A DNA stretch of 64,000 nt from NCBI GenBank assembly GCA_964252035.1, contig OZ176201.1; one strand, given 5' to 3'. Positions 51,880-64,000 of the stretch are shown piece by piece; position 1 is the first letter of the stretch; every line of letters starts with the position of its first letter. The notes under the pieces were generated by a model. It was not told where the DNA came from and did no database searches. It worked only from the letters and a program-made list of their open reading frames with translations. The DNA comes from Podarcis erhardii (lineage: Eukaryota). Position numbers and translations under genes: made by a program.

Positions 51880-53760
51880 GGATCCGCACAAGCTAAAACA
51901 AATGCTTCAAAGCCTTGCAAGCGCGCCTGCCAGCAGAAGTTGTCGACTACCCCTTTGGGGAAGAATTTCCCACGCAGAGGCCAGAGGAAAACTGGTTTGT
52001 TTGGGCTTCCCCTTTGCTTTAGGATTTAGCACTTGCCAGAACTGCTACTCGCTCCTTCCAAGCGCGTTTATACCTAAGCAAACTCCAGGCTTCCTGCAAC
52101 TCTATCTCTCTCTCTGGCTCGCGTTTTGGTCTCTGCGCACAAACGCACAACACACACACCGAGCTGCAGTACTCATCCCCGAGCCGTAGCGTTCATTCAC
52201 GGAATTTTAAAGAGACACGCTCGCTTTTTGTCGAGACAATGGGAAAGCCTCCCTCCGACAAGAATAAAACAAGATGCTAGCTAACTGCATCACCTCGGCG
52301 AGTGCACGCACTCTCCAAATGCCAACCCAATTAGCCTCCTCTTTGCCCAGCTAGGATGATCAAAACCAAATAGCGATTCCAGTCGATTCTTTCCCATGCT
52401 CTCCCTCCCCGCCCTCGCTCCCTTTTTCCTCCCTTGGGAAAAGGCATTGATGGGAAAGGGGAGAGATGGGAGGAAGGGGGGCGGCGGCCAATCAATGGGT
52501 TGCAGATGCATTAGCCCAGAAAACAACGGCGGCTCGTTGCCTCCCAGCCCTACAAACACTCGCTGTTCTGCAAAAAGCCGCTCCTTATTTTAGAAAGTCC
52601 AGTTTTGCAACGCGGCGTTTTGCGAGGGGATTTTGTCCGAGGGAGGAGCTCTTGATAAAAAATCCCCTTGTTCTTAATTTACAGAGAATTCTCCACACGC
52701 ACCTTTTTTATTGTCTTTCTTTAAAAAAAACACAAACCTCCAGAACGTCACCTGTAAATAGCAAGGAAGCAACGGAAAGGGGTTGCAAAAGCAAACAAGA
52801 ATCTCTGAGCTAACCAAGGGAAAGGCAGATGAAAGGGAGGCGCTTTCTTTTCCAAGAAGAAAAGGGCAAGGCACTCCCTGCCCGCAAAATCTCCCTGCAA
52901 AGGGAAGTTGAGAAAGCGGCGGCAGCAAGGTTAAGTAGACAAAGATCCTCCTGGCAAGGCAGGGTTTTCCCTTCTTCCGAGGGGCACCCTTTACCCCACG
53001 CCGTCCTTTTCCCGTACACACCCACCAAACCCTCGGAGGACACCTGGCGCCTCCCTTGGCGCGTTCCCGTCCCCCCGCCCCGAGGCCATCAAGACAGGCA
53101 CCCCGCCCCTTCTCACCCGTACCTACTCGGGACCCCTTGGCTCGACGGGAGAGCTTGCTATATGTTACCGGCTCAGCTGCTTCGTTGCTGCGTCCCCGCA
53201 TTTCCACCCCATGCCTGCGCCTGCCCAGGGCTCCCCGCCGGCGCGTCCCTCTCCGGCTTCAGACTGCTCAAGCTCCCTCCCTCCTCCCCCGCTTCCCCGC
53301 CCCGCCGTCCAAGTCACTGACCCGTCTGTGACGTCGCGCCACCCAAAGGCCAATAGGCGAAGGCGACGTCATCAGGCTAGTCCGGGTCTCCTCCATTCAA
53401 AATCTGAATGCCTCGCTCCGGCTCTTCCCGGTGCCTTGTAGAGGTGAAGGAGGAAGGCAGGGCAAGGGCCGGGAGAGGGGGTGGGGAGCCAGAAAGGGAT
53501 TGACACATCGCTCAGCCTCGCTAATGGGGTTTCCTGAAAGTTCAAGGCTTTTGTGGGATTTGTGTTGTCAAGCAGGCGAGCCCACGTTACCCGAAGCCCT
53601 CTGCAAACACGGCGGCGTCGGAATTAGCTGGCCATTGTCTCAGCGAAAGGCATACTTGTTATTATTATTCCCCCCCCCCACCCCCGGCATAGGGAGTCCC
53701 TGAACAAAAAGGCCAGCAACAAAATCAGGCGGGGGCAGGGCAGATGCTCATCTCTGCGCT
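51880..53760. promoter_or_regulatory. CpG island / CDC42EP4 promoter region
   Basis: CpG-rich. CRE-like TGACGTCG at 53329-53336, CCAAT at 53350-53354, CGACGTCA at 53364-53371, GC boxes near 53290-53305. Second GC-box/CCAAT pair near 52477-52495. Confidence 0.8.
53117..53315 (-). other. CDC42EP4: Probable non-coding exon 1 of CDC42EP4 (TSS approximate)
   Basis: Donor CGG|GTGAGA at 53115-53116 just downstream of the promoter motifs. Alternative donors at 53121-53122 and 52750-52751 cannot be excluded. Confidence 0.5.
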
Positions 53761-54056
53761 GTTTCAAAGCATTGCTTTCCAGTCTACCTTTCTCGATTTT
53801 TGGCAGTCAGGCAATTCTAGCCCGCCCACCCACTACTCTACTCTGTTTACTGTAAGGGCTAGGAAGCTGCTTTTTAGAAAATGAAACAAGAGGTCTAGAA
53901 GTATGTGATCAGAATACAAGATTCTGCATTAGAAGGCTAAGACAAAACCCATTTCTTTCTTTTACCCTTTAGGAATTATAATTTACAATTGTACATTGCT
54001 TTGGGATGCCTTGTGGGAATTTAGTCATAATTATTAAGTTTTATGTATTCACTATA

Positions 54057-54292
54057 CAGTGGTCCCTCGGGTTACAGACACTTCAGGTTACAGATGCTTC
54101 ATGTTACAGGCTCTGCTAACCCAGAAATAGTACCTCGGGTTAAGAACTTTGCTTCAGAACAGAAATTGCGCGGCGGCAACGGCGTGGCGGCGAGAGGCCC
54201 CATTAGCTAAAGTGGTACCTCAGGTTAAGAACAGTTTCAGGTTAAGAACAGACCTCCGGAACGAATTAAGTTCTTAACCAGAGGTACCACTG
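54057..54292 (+). mobile_element. Tigger/pogo-like MITE
   Basis: TA TSD and TIRs. Confidence 0.92.
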
Positions 54293-54452
54293 TAAATATC
54301 TCACCTTTCAGTGAATCAGGGCCAAGGTAATTAACAATTTAAAAAAGAACAGCACAATATCAAATTCAAAAATAGATATAAGCAAGATAGATATCAACAA
54401 ATGAGCATGTAAAATGTTATCCATATAAATAGTAGCGAGATATGTGGATTTC

Positions 54453-55182
54453 ATTTTTTTTTAATAATAATTTTTATTCAATTTTTAAAACACATAATTA
54501 AAAGACAAACACATCACAAAACACAAACAAACATAAACAAATCAAACATAAATAAATTCATAGTCTTATTTTCTTGTAACTTCTTTCAGTCGACTTCCCC
54601 ATACCTCCCTTTCGCTGCATCCTTATTTTAGAATGAATTTTTTTTTAGCAACCCTTTAGTCAATTTATCCCTTTAGTTCCCTTCATTAAATTCCCATAAA
54701 TTTGTTGGTTACAGCTGTAATTGTCTGCTTCTTACCCCTTGACATCTTAACACGCCTCAATTTTACAACAGTTTTTAAGATATATTTTGAATTTCTTCCA
54801 GTCTTCTTCCACTGCCTCTTTCCCCTGGTCACGAATTCTGCCGGTCATCTCTGCCAGTCCCATGAAGTCAATCACCTTTGTCTGCCATTCTTCCAGAGTA
54901 GGTAGTTCTTGCATCTTCCACTACTTTGCCAGAAGAATTCTCCCTGCAGTAGTAGCATACATAAAGAAAGTCCTATCCTTCTTTGGCACCAATTGGCCAA
55001 CCATGCCCAGGAGAAAAGCCTCTGGTTTCTTAGTAAATGTCCATTTAAGGACTTTCTTAATTTCATTATAGATCATTTCCCAGAATGCTTTCACCCTCGG
55101 GCAGGTCCACCATAGGTGATAGAAAGTACCTTCATTCTCTTTACATTTCCAACATTTATTATTGGGCAAATGATAAATTTTT
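54453..55182 (-). mobile_element. L1-clade LINE 3' fragment (ORF2 CCHC region and 3' UTR)
   Basis: KCWKCKENEGTFYHLWWTCPRVKAFW zinc knuckle; A-rich tail; perfect 16-bp TSD gagatatgtggatttc. Confidence 0.92.
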
Positions 55183-57643
55183 GAGATATGTGGATTTCCT
55201 TTTCACTACAATTTATTAGCAAGCCATGTACAGTAAATGACAGATCTTTAAAATTCCAGACTCCTAATCATGGCCAATGGCCCAGGGATAATGGAAGTTG
55301 TAGTCCAATAATGTCAGGAGGGCCATTGGTTCCTCACTACTACTCTATAGCCACACAACAGGATGTACTGAGTACAAGACTGGGTCAATTATTTATTCAC
55401 TGTGGAAATTAACATTTGCTACGCTGCCGGTTTATGGAACAAGCCACTGGCAAAGCATGATACAGACAGGAGGAGCTCCTGCTTGCTACTCATCCAACAC
55501 TTCCTCTGTGCTTTAGCGCTAGCCTTGTGGCATTTTGCCAAAACTGCTCCCTGTTCTTCCATCTCCACTTGGACAGCAGCCCACTGGTGATGGTTAAAAG
55601 GGAATCCCAATCTGATGTGTCATCTGATAGAGACAGCTTTTATTGCTCCCATATGTACTTCCAGCACAAAGAAATTGAGCCGCCTGCAATTTTAACACCA
55701 ACATTGATTCTGGAGGGATGTCTCACGCAAACAATATGTTTGCAGATAACAGTTCTGTTGGCCCACAGAAAACATACTTGACTTGAGGTTTGCAGTGCAG
55801 AACTACATGGAGTCAGTTGGGCAGGGTATCGAAAGCTGAGACAGAAAGAAAGTAAAAGAATGGTATAGTGAATTGGAACAAGATCCACTTAGTCCAGCAT
55901 TTTATTTCCAACCACAGATCGACAGATGCCTCTGAGGAACTCGAAAGTAGGGAAGTGAAGCTGTTGGCCTTCGCTTGTTGTTTGTTATTAACATATGAAC
56001 CTGGAAATTCCAGGTAACTGACATGGCTGTTGAGAGAGCCACCATGGATTTGCCTGTGCCAGGGGTGGAGTGGGCTATTGCCCCCCATGTGCTGCTGGAC
56101 TACAACTCCCATCCTTCCTGAGCATTGGCTATGCTGACAGGGGCTGATGGGAATTTGGGTCCAACAACATCTGGAGAAACACAGATTATACGAGCCCTGG
56201 CCTAATCCTTTCTAAAGAGGTCTCAGGGAGTGGATCTCTTAATAGTCAATACATGAATTATTCATGTTGCTTGAAGAGAATGGTCAAGGTTAGTCCTGTG
56301 ATATAGATTGCACTCCTGTATGCATTAATACTGTAACTTGGAGACAAATTCCGTTGACATTTATGGGACTCATTTTGTACATTGCTTGAAAACAATTAAG
56401 CATTTTTAAAAAATGTAAATAAATAGGACTAGCTTTCGAGCAGGCAATTTTCTTCCTTTAACCAGATTAAATGGCAAAGAACAGAGTCGTATTTATAGCT
56501 CCACTGACACATCATGCCCTGGTCCTTTTCAAGCACCTTGTTCTTATGTCCATTATAGTTCTGATGTAGGAGTGCCACTTGTTGTCAGATGGGCTGTCTA
56601 GGTTCATATATTTCATGCTAGGTAAGCCCTTGTGTTTCCATCTGAATAGTTTCCAATACTATGTTGAATATCACAACCTCCATAGGTGGAACCGGTGACG
56701 GTGAGTGGTTTATGATCCACACTTTTAATCATGAGAAATCTGAGGCACGAACCATGAGTTCCCCCAGGTGTTCTGCTGGAGCAGGAGACAGGCACAGTTC
56801 TCCCAATCTGCTGTCCAACACACCACTCTTCTTTCTCTCTGGAGAGTAACATTTCTTGATTTGTAACTCCAGCTAATTTTAACCAAAAGTGCACAGTTTG
56901 GAGAGTACTCCAGTCAGTGCTGCTGTACTGCATGTCTGTATGAGACACAGCAGTCAGGAGAGATGAAAATCAATCTCTTGAGCTGGGCTGGAAATGCTGG
57001 GTGTTTAGATACCTAAAGGGAACTTGGCAGAATAAGCATGTGGTGGAGTTGAAAAGCTGCCCATTGGGCAGCAGCATGTCTTGATACTCAACCACTTGGG
57101 CTTGGCAGTGGTTGGCACAGAGGCCTGAGGGCATGGAACCATTTTAGGATCCCATTTTAGGATACCAGCCCAATGGAGATGTTTGTCTGCTGCTGCCAAC
57201 CTCTCAGCTGCTCCTTCAAGAGAAGAGCTTTGAAAAACCCATTTGACATCCTTTTGCTCAGATTAGGTATTTTATTTTAGCAACTCCAAAGGACACAATG
57301 GAAAAGAACTGGGGAGGAAAACCATTGATTGATGCTATTTTCTTCTTTTTCTAAGCAGATAAAACAAGCCAGACCTCTGGATTCCTCTGAACAGTAATTA
57401 GACCCGTGAAACAATTGCACAATGGCCTTATCTAATTAAATGCACTGGTAGCCAGGGGAACCCTTTTTGGAATGACACAACCTAATAAATGTGGGTTTTC
57501 TCTCCTGGCTCCATTATCTTCCAAAATGTATCAAACAGTGAAAGAAGCAGTGCTAGTTGTACTCTGTTTTATTGTTCCTCTAATAAATGTGTTACTAAAT
57601 TTCAAACTGGTACATTTTAACATTATTCATTTAACTAAGTGCC

Positions 57644-57684
<41 letters not shown>
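57644..57684. repeat. (GA)n microsatellite
   Basis: Direct read. Confidence 0.93.
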
Positions 57685-57686
<2 letters not shown>

Positions 57687-58148
57687 GCTTGAAACAGTTT
57701 GAGCAAATACAACAAGGAGCTGTTATTTACAGAGACTCTGCATGTGAAGAATTTATGTTGGATTCAAATAATCTGGAGTTTTAGATTAGTGAGAGAAAGA
57801 TAAAGGACTTGGTAAACACCTGCGCTCTTTTGCATGTGGTGGGAGCTGATTCTTAACATTTCCAAGCTTGTGTGTGCCCCCCCCCCAACCCATTTCGGGG
57901 CCCTAAGCATCTCAGAAGCCACTTTTGTTTGTCAGAATGTGACTGCACACAGTTGCAGAAATCATCCCACTGTTACAGCCTATCCTGTGACATCTGTCAC
58001 CATCTGCAGATCATGACCACTTATCTAGTTTCAGGCATTTTTAATTTCTCCACACTGGAGAGGATGGCTGCTGTTCCCCTGTCATGTGATAATGTATCAG
58101 TTCCTGTGATTTTCAGCAAAAGAGGGTTTTTTAAGGTACCTAGACCAA

Positions 58149-58505
58149 AACAGGACGCAGGTGGTGCTGTGGGTTAAACCACAAAGCCTAGGACTTGCCG
58201 ATCCGAAGGTCAGCAGTTCGAATCCCCATGACGGGGTGAGCTCCTGTTGCTCGGTCCCTGCTCCTGCCAACCTAGCAGTTCGAAAGCACGTCAAAGTGCA
58301 AGTAGATAAATAGGTACCGCTCTGGCGGGAAGGTAAACGGTGTTTCGGTACGCTGCTCTGGTTTGCCAGAAGCGGCTTAGTCATGCTAGCCGCATGACCC
58401 GGAAGCTGTACGCCGGCCCCCTCGGCCAATAAAGCGAGATGAGCGCCGCAACCCCAGAGTCGGCCACAACTGGACCTAATGGTCAGGGGTCCCTTTACCT
58501 TTTTT
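58149..58505 (+). mobile_element. Sauria SINE
   Basis: Family sequence; TSD tagaccaa. Confidence 0.92.
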
Positions 58506-59969
58506 TAGACCAAGAAACAGTTCTAGCAAATGCACCACACCGGATTGCTCCTTGTAACTGATTGGTGAGAAGCCCTGGCCTACAGAGGAATTATCTTAAT
58601 GATTAAACTATGCTTTCACTTATCTCCAGCTTATATGCAAGCCCAAGGCAGTCAGGTTCCTGAATCATTCACCTTGCTCTTCTGAGTAGGTGATTTGAGG
58701 TGAGCCTTCTGGGCAGCTCCCAATTGTATTTTGATGGCTCAAGGCATTTTAATTATTCAGATGCACTAAAAAAAAAACCCCACACACCTCAGTGCCTCTT
58801 CTTTCTTTGGAAATTGATGATGTCTCAAAATTCCAACCATCGCCTCCGGTAAGAGCAGCGGTCCCAGAGACTCATTTAATTATCTTCCAGGTTTACTAGA
58901 GAGTCTTGTCAGGGTATAAAGGTTGTTGTGGCATCTTGATGAGAAGGACTCTGGTGCAGGTGAAGGGAGCTCTCTGGCTGGTCAGATCAGATTCCATCTG
59001 AGGATATGTGATGTGATGCTTCAAGGGACTGAAAGGAACAGCTATTTCTGTTGCCAACCATGGCTTGTTCACTACTGCCCAAGGAAAACCCTGATTATGC
59101 TGTGAGAGGACTGCCGGCTGTTTCCACACACACCCTAAGAAAATGTGAGGACCGTTAGAAAAATCTGTTTTTCCTACCTCATTAGCAGCACTCTAAATCC
59201 CAACCATGCTCATGGGTTCTCTGCTGGTTTACAATGGACAAACAAGATGGCTTTGCCTCACTGTCAGCCTCCTCCTGCTTGGAGAATGTCCTGTCACGTA
59301 AATCCAACTTTCCTGTGGAGGAGAGGACCGGGAATGGTAATTAGGATTGCTAAAGTGCCATTATCTCAAATGTGAATCTGCATACACTGCAAAGTTCTGA
59401 AGGATCCCTACCCAGCTTATCGTATTTGTATCCAACCCTTCCTCCAAGGAACTTATTGCAGCATACAACAGCCCTATGAAGTAGGTTAGGCAAAGAAGAC
59501 AGTGGCTGGCCAAGGTTGCTTTAATTGAATCCATATCTGTATTCAGCAACTAGGTTTCTTGGTCCTGATCCAATACTCCAGCCACTACACCACACTGCCC
59601 CTCTCCCAAAGCCCAGACATCCCTTCCTCATTCTGCTTGCAACTTAGGGGAGTTTGCATCTTCCTTTTGAAAGCCGGTATTGGAATGCTTCTGTAATAAA
59701 CGAAAATCTGCCCTTATTCCCTTATGGCGGACACAAGAGCCCTTATAGAGTCCTTTGTAGGTTCTCCATCGGTCAGAGAAAAGAACAGAGGCCAACCAGA
59801 GAATATTGAGAAGCAAAGCAGCTAGTAAGCCTGATCTTTATTGAACTGTTGCAACAGGGTGCCCCCTTCACAGAAGGGGGAGGACCCCGAACAAAGCCAT
59901 GCCAGCGCCTTATATAGACACTTTAAATTGCCCACCCTGGAGTCCAAGAGCACCCCCAGAAACATCATA

Positions 59970-60211
59970 CAGTGGTACCTCGGATTAAGAACTTAATTCG
60001 TTCTGGAGGTCTGTTTTTAACCTGAAACTGTTCTTAACCTGAAGCACCACTTTAGCTAATGGGGCCTCCTGCTGCCGCCACACCACCGCTGCACAATTTC
60101 TGTTCTCATCCTGAAGCAAAGTTCTTAACCCAAGGTAATATTTCTGGGTTAGCGGAGTCTATAACCTGAAGTGTATGTAACCTGAAGCATATGCAACCCA
60201 AGGTACCATTG
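59970..60211 (-). mobile_element. Tigger/pogo-like MITE
   Basis: TA TSD and TIRs. Confidence 0.9.
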
Positions 60212-60504
60212 TACATACATCACAGAAGGGGTGTACTCAAGACCAACCCCCAGACACATCATACCTACATCACAGAAAGGGGTGGTCTACAACAGAAATC
60301 TGAGTGCATTGTTTACCTCCTGTCTGGCAGGTTACCTATTAATGCTTACTTGATTGGATACCCTGGGGAGCCTGGCCAGTCTTTTGTAATGATAAATACT
60401 TAGTTCCTGAGCCAGGTCAGAGGCTCACCCTATTCATACACAGACATACCCTTAAGACAGAATTTGTGAAGGAAAAGACAATGGGGAGCCTTTTCCAGAG
60501 AAAA

Positions 60505-61563
60505 TATTTTTTTAAAAATGATATTTATTAAAGTTTCCAGTTAATACAAAAAATAAACATACACAGAAAAAAGAAGATAAGATAATAAAAACACAAAAAT
60601 ACAAAAGCAAAAAAGAACAGTTAAAACAAATGTAATTTCCATTACTTATTTCCATTAACTTATTTCCCAGACCTCCTCTCACCTCCCCCTTTTGTATTCC
60701 CATTTAGATTCTTAGTTCAGCAAATCCTTATTATAACTTGTTATAACTTATCATATCTTATTGTTCAACCTCTACATTACAGCTGGTAACCACTTAATTT
60801 TTATCCAACATCACCCTAATGTCCATTAATTTTATAATGCTTCTGCAGATAGTCTTTGAATTTCTTCCAATCTTCCTCCACCGTCTCTTTTCCCTGGTCT
60901 CGGATTCTGCCGGTCATTTCTGCCAGTCCCATATAGTCTATCACCTTCATCTGCCATTCTTCCAGAGTGGGTAGATCTTGCGTCTTCAAGTACTTCGCGA
61001 TGAGTATTCTTGCTGCTGCTGTTGCATACATAAAAAAAGTTCTATCTTTCTTTAACACCAATTGGCCGACCATGCCCAGAAGAAAGGCCTCTGGTTTCTT
61101 AAGAAAGGTATATTTAAATACCTTTTTCAGTTCATTATAGATCATTTCCCAGAAGGCCTTAATCCTTGGGCACGTCCACCAAAGGTGAAAAAACGTACCT
61201 TCAGTCTCTTTACATTTCCAACATTTGTTATCGGGCAAATGATAAATTTCTGCAAGCTTGACTGGGGTCATGTACCACCTGTACATCATTTTCATAATAT
61301 TCTCTCTTAAGGCATTACATGCCGTAAATTTCATACCGGTGGTCCGTAACTGTTCCCAGTCAGCAAACATAACATTATGTCCAACGTCTTGTGCCCATTT
61401 AATCATAGCAGATTTAACTGTTTCATCTTGAGTATTCCATTTCAGCAGCAAGTTATACATCCTTGACAAATTCTTAGTTTTAGGATCTAACAATTCTGTT
61501 TCCAATTTTGATTTTTCCATCTGGAAGCCAATTTTCCTATCCAGTTTAAAAGCCTCCATTATC
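60505..61563 (-). mobile_element. L1-clade LINE 3' fragment with an open ~250-codon ORF2 C-terminus
   Basis: MYRWYMTP...KCWKCKETEGTFFHLWWTCPRIKAFW; 11-bp TSD tccagagaaaa (60494-60504 / 61564-61574). Confidence 0.92.
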
Positions 61564-62041
61564 TCCAGAGAAAACATTTGGTCAGTTTGGGACTCAAAAT
61601 GGTTTCATGGCTGTTTTCCTGTGCTGCTTCAGACATGTGGTTTATATTTATGTACGTGTTTGCTTGGCACATTTATGAACATATATATATATGTTTGGAA
61701 ATCCAGGTTCTAATCCCCATTCAGCTGTGAATCTCACCGGGTGACTTTGGTCAATTGCTATCTCTCAGCCCATTTTACCTCCCACGGTTGTTGTTGTGAA
61801 GAAAGAATGTTGCTCTGGAGGAAAGACGACAACAGATGAACAAATGAACCCCCCTGTACCCACTCTTTATCTGGTTTGGGCTCGGTATAACAGCAGAGTC
61901 TCGCCTTCAAAGGACTGCAGCTAGGAACTGCATTGCCCCACCTAATAATTTTTTAAAAGTGTATTTAAGCTGTGACAGCTCCCATTTAAAGAATTAGAGC
62001 ATTATTTTTTTTTAAATAGTGGAATTTTTAAAAAGTGGTTA

Positions 62042-62248
62042 CAGTGGTACCTTGGTTTAAGAACAGCCCAGTTTACGAACTATTTGGCTTATGAACTCTG
62101 CAAAACTGGAAGTAGTGTTCCGGTTTGCGAACTTTACCTCTGTCTAAGAACGGACCTCATTAGGGAAAGCGTGCCTTGGTTTAAGAATGGTTTCGGTTTA
62201 AGAACGGTCTTCCGGAACGAATTAAGTTCGTAAACTGAGGTACTACTG
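62042..62248. mobile_element. Tigger/pogo-like MITE (related subfamily)
   Basis: TA+CAGTGGTACCTTGGTTTA left end; GAGGTACTACTG right end. Confidence 0.82.
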
Positions 62249-62249
62249 T

Positions 62250-62736
62250 GTTGTTGTTGTTTAGTCGTTTAGTCGTGTCCGACTCTTTGTGACCCCATGG
62301 ACCAGAGCACGCCAGGCACTCCTGTCTTCCACTGCCTCCCGCAGTTTGGTCAAACTCATGTTTGTATCTTCGAGAACACTGTCCAACCATATCGTCCTCT
62401 GTTGTCCCCTTCTTCTTGTGCCCTCAGTCTTTCTCAACATCAGGGTCTTTTCCAGGGAGTCTTCTCTTCTCATGAGGTGGCCAAAGTATTGGAGCCTCAG
62501 CTTCACGATCTGTCCTTCCAGTGAGAACTCAGGGCTGATTTCCTTCAGAATGGAGAGGTTTGATCTTCTTGCCGTCCATGGGACTCTCAAGAGTCTCCTC
62601 CAACACCATAATTCAAAAGCATCAATTCTTCGGGGATCAGCCTTCTTTATGGTCCAGCTTTCACTTCCATACATCACTGCTGGGAAAATCATGGCTTTAA
62701 CTATACAGACCTTTGTTAGCAAGGTGATGTCTCTGC
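62250..62736 (-). mobile_element. BovB (RTE) LINE 3' fragment
   Basis: TLLTKVCIVKAMIFPAVMYGSESWTIKKADPRRIDAFELWCWRRLLRVPWT...; (CAA)n tail at the left. Confidence 0.93.
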
Positions 62737-64000
62737 TACCACTGTATTCTCCTCTAAAAGTGGGAGTGTTCCATCTACTTTCCCTCCCCACTTGGTTCAG
62801 GGTGGATTTTTCAAGTATGGCATTGTTGCCTTCTTACTTGCAACCAGTCCAGGCGGAGGGCACTGCCTGTCTGCTTCCTTTCCCTTAATCTCAGTGTTGT
62901 AGAATTTAGCAGGGAGGCATTTAGGGGCAAAATTAGAGTGAATTGGCTCTGCCTGCTATTGGCTCTGGTTCCACCTCCTTTTGGTCTCCATGCCTTCTAC
63001 TCTGCAGAGCAACAGGCAGCACTGTATCTTATCTCTCACTTTGATCTGGGCTTTGGACTAGTCAGAAGCAACACAATTTCCCCCTGCTAGCTCTGCTTCT
63101 AATAATCTCTCCACACAGGGTGCGAAGTAAAAGGGTCACTTAGTTCAAGTTCTGCGGGAAGGTCCCGTGTGAAGCAAAAGTTGCCTCATACTTCAAGTCA
63201 GTTGTGTAGCGGAAAGAGAATGCAGGCGAGTGAAACTTCAGGACTTTTTTCGCCAAGCAGGACATCATCTTCTGCCACAATAAATTCACTTGCTCTGGCA
63301 AGTGAATAAGGCTTTCCGGGTTGTTTGTGGCAGATTAGCAGAGAGGAACAGATGGAGGGAAATAATCAAGCAGAGGCTAATGCGCATTTCCTTTTCTTTA
63401 ATGGGGTTCCTACTTCACACTAACAGTTTAAACCATAACACTTGTTTGCAAGATCCTTGTTTGCATTTCTTATTAAAAGCTGAAGGCTGGAATTCATCTT
63501 TTGCTAAATCTCAATGTGTTTTGAACCTAAGCAGTCTGGACGTAAGCATCAATGAGTTCATCTGGAGCTTACTCCCAGGAAACTGGGGGTGGTGGCCAAC
63601 AAAGCAGTTCTGTTAGCAGAAGAACTTTGGGCTGTGTAACAGAACTTCCTCTCACCTTCCTTTCACCCCTTGCCCCCTAAATCTGTTCTGGTGGTTCCTT
63701 CAAAACCTTGCAGCCAATTTGAGGAGGGTGCAGCAAGGACACCTGGGGAGAAAAGAAGGAGAAGTTCCATTGTGCAAATGGAAATCCATGTGTTAACAGA
63801 GTGAGTTAATTGGATACCATCCTATGTGTAGGATTGCACCGCAGTGAATTCTCTGCAATGTGTAGAGAACTTAGGGAAGGGAGAACATTTCTCACTTAGT
63901 GCTGGGCATTCAGGGGATTGGTGAGCGGTAGTCACCATAATTGTCTGTGGTCCTCTGGCTATTGCCACTTTCTCTTGGGATGCAGGAGCTTTGCTTAGAG

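Larger units (their letters stand above)
59756..61634 (-). mobile_element. Probable solo LTR, interrupted by a MITE and an L1
   Basis: TG at 59756; minus-strand TATATAAG (59909-59916) ~70 nt upstream of AATAAA (59837-59842). Sequence continues across the L1 TSD to a candidate CA end near 61634. No LTR TSD found, so boundaries are approximate. Confidence 0.45.

Noticed and set aside
52290-53703. Cluster of 60-177 aa ORFs
   Set aside because: GC-rich promoter and first-exon region of CDC42EP4; no recognisable domains.

Overview
Vertebrate genomic DNA, almost certainly a squamate and probably a lacertid lizard; this is inferred from Sauria SINEs, BovB, young L2 and L1 copies and abundant MITEs. 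Three protein-coding genes occur in the order known from human 17q25.1. (1) FAM104A/VCF1 is on the minus strand with three coding exons (5777-5823, 2881-2977, 360-602; 128 aa). (2) C17orf80/MTNAP1 is head-to-head with it across a CpG-island promoter, on the plus strand: a large exon 11678-13109 plus small exons 15038-15143, 15328-15441 and 16003-16016 encoding an ATP-synthase-subunit-f-like tail. (3) CDC42EP4/BORG4 is on the minus strand with a single-exon CDS (27545-28570), a ~24 kb first intron and a CpG-island promoter near 53.3 kb. I could not find CPSF4L, the human neighbour between C17orf80 and CDC42EP4. The rest is introns and intergenic DNA dense in transposable elements, several of them nested. 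Main second-look items: a splice-phase break and a nonsense codon in the C17orf80 subunit-f-like/TM module, an 87-nt pre-miRNA-like hairpin in the CDC42EP4 intron, a hAT MITE carrying telomeric repeats, and a near-intact L2. All calls are by eye; no database searches were run.
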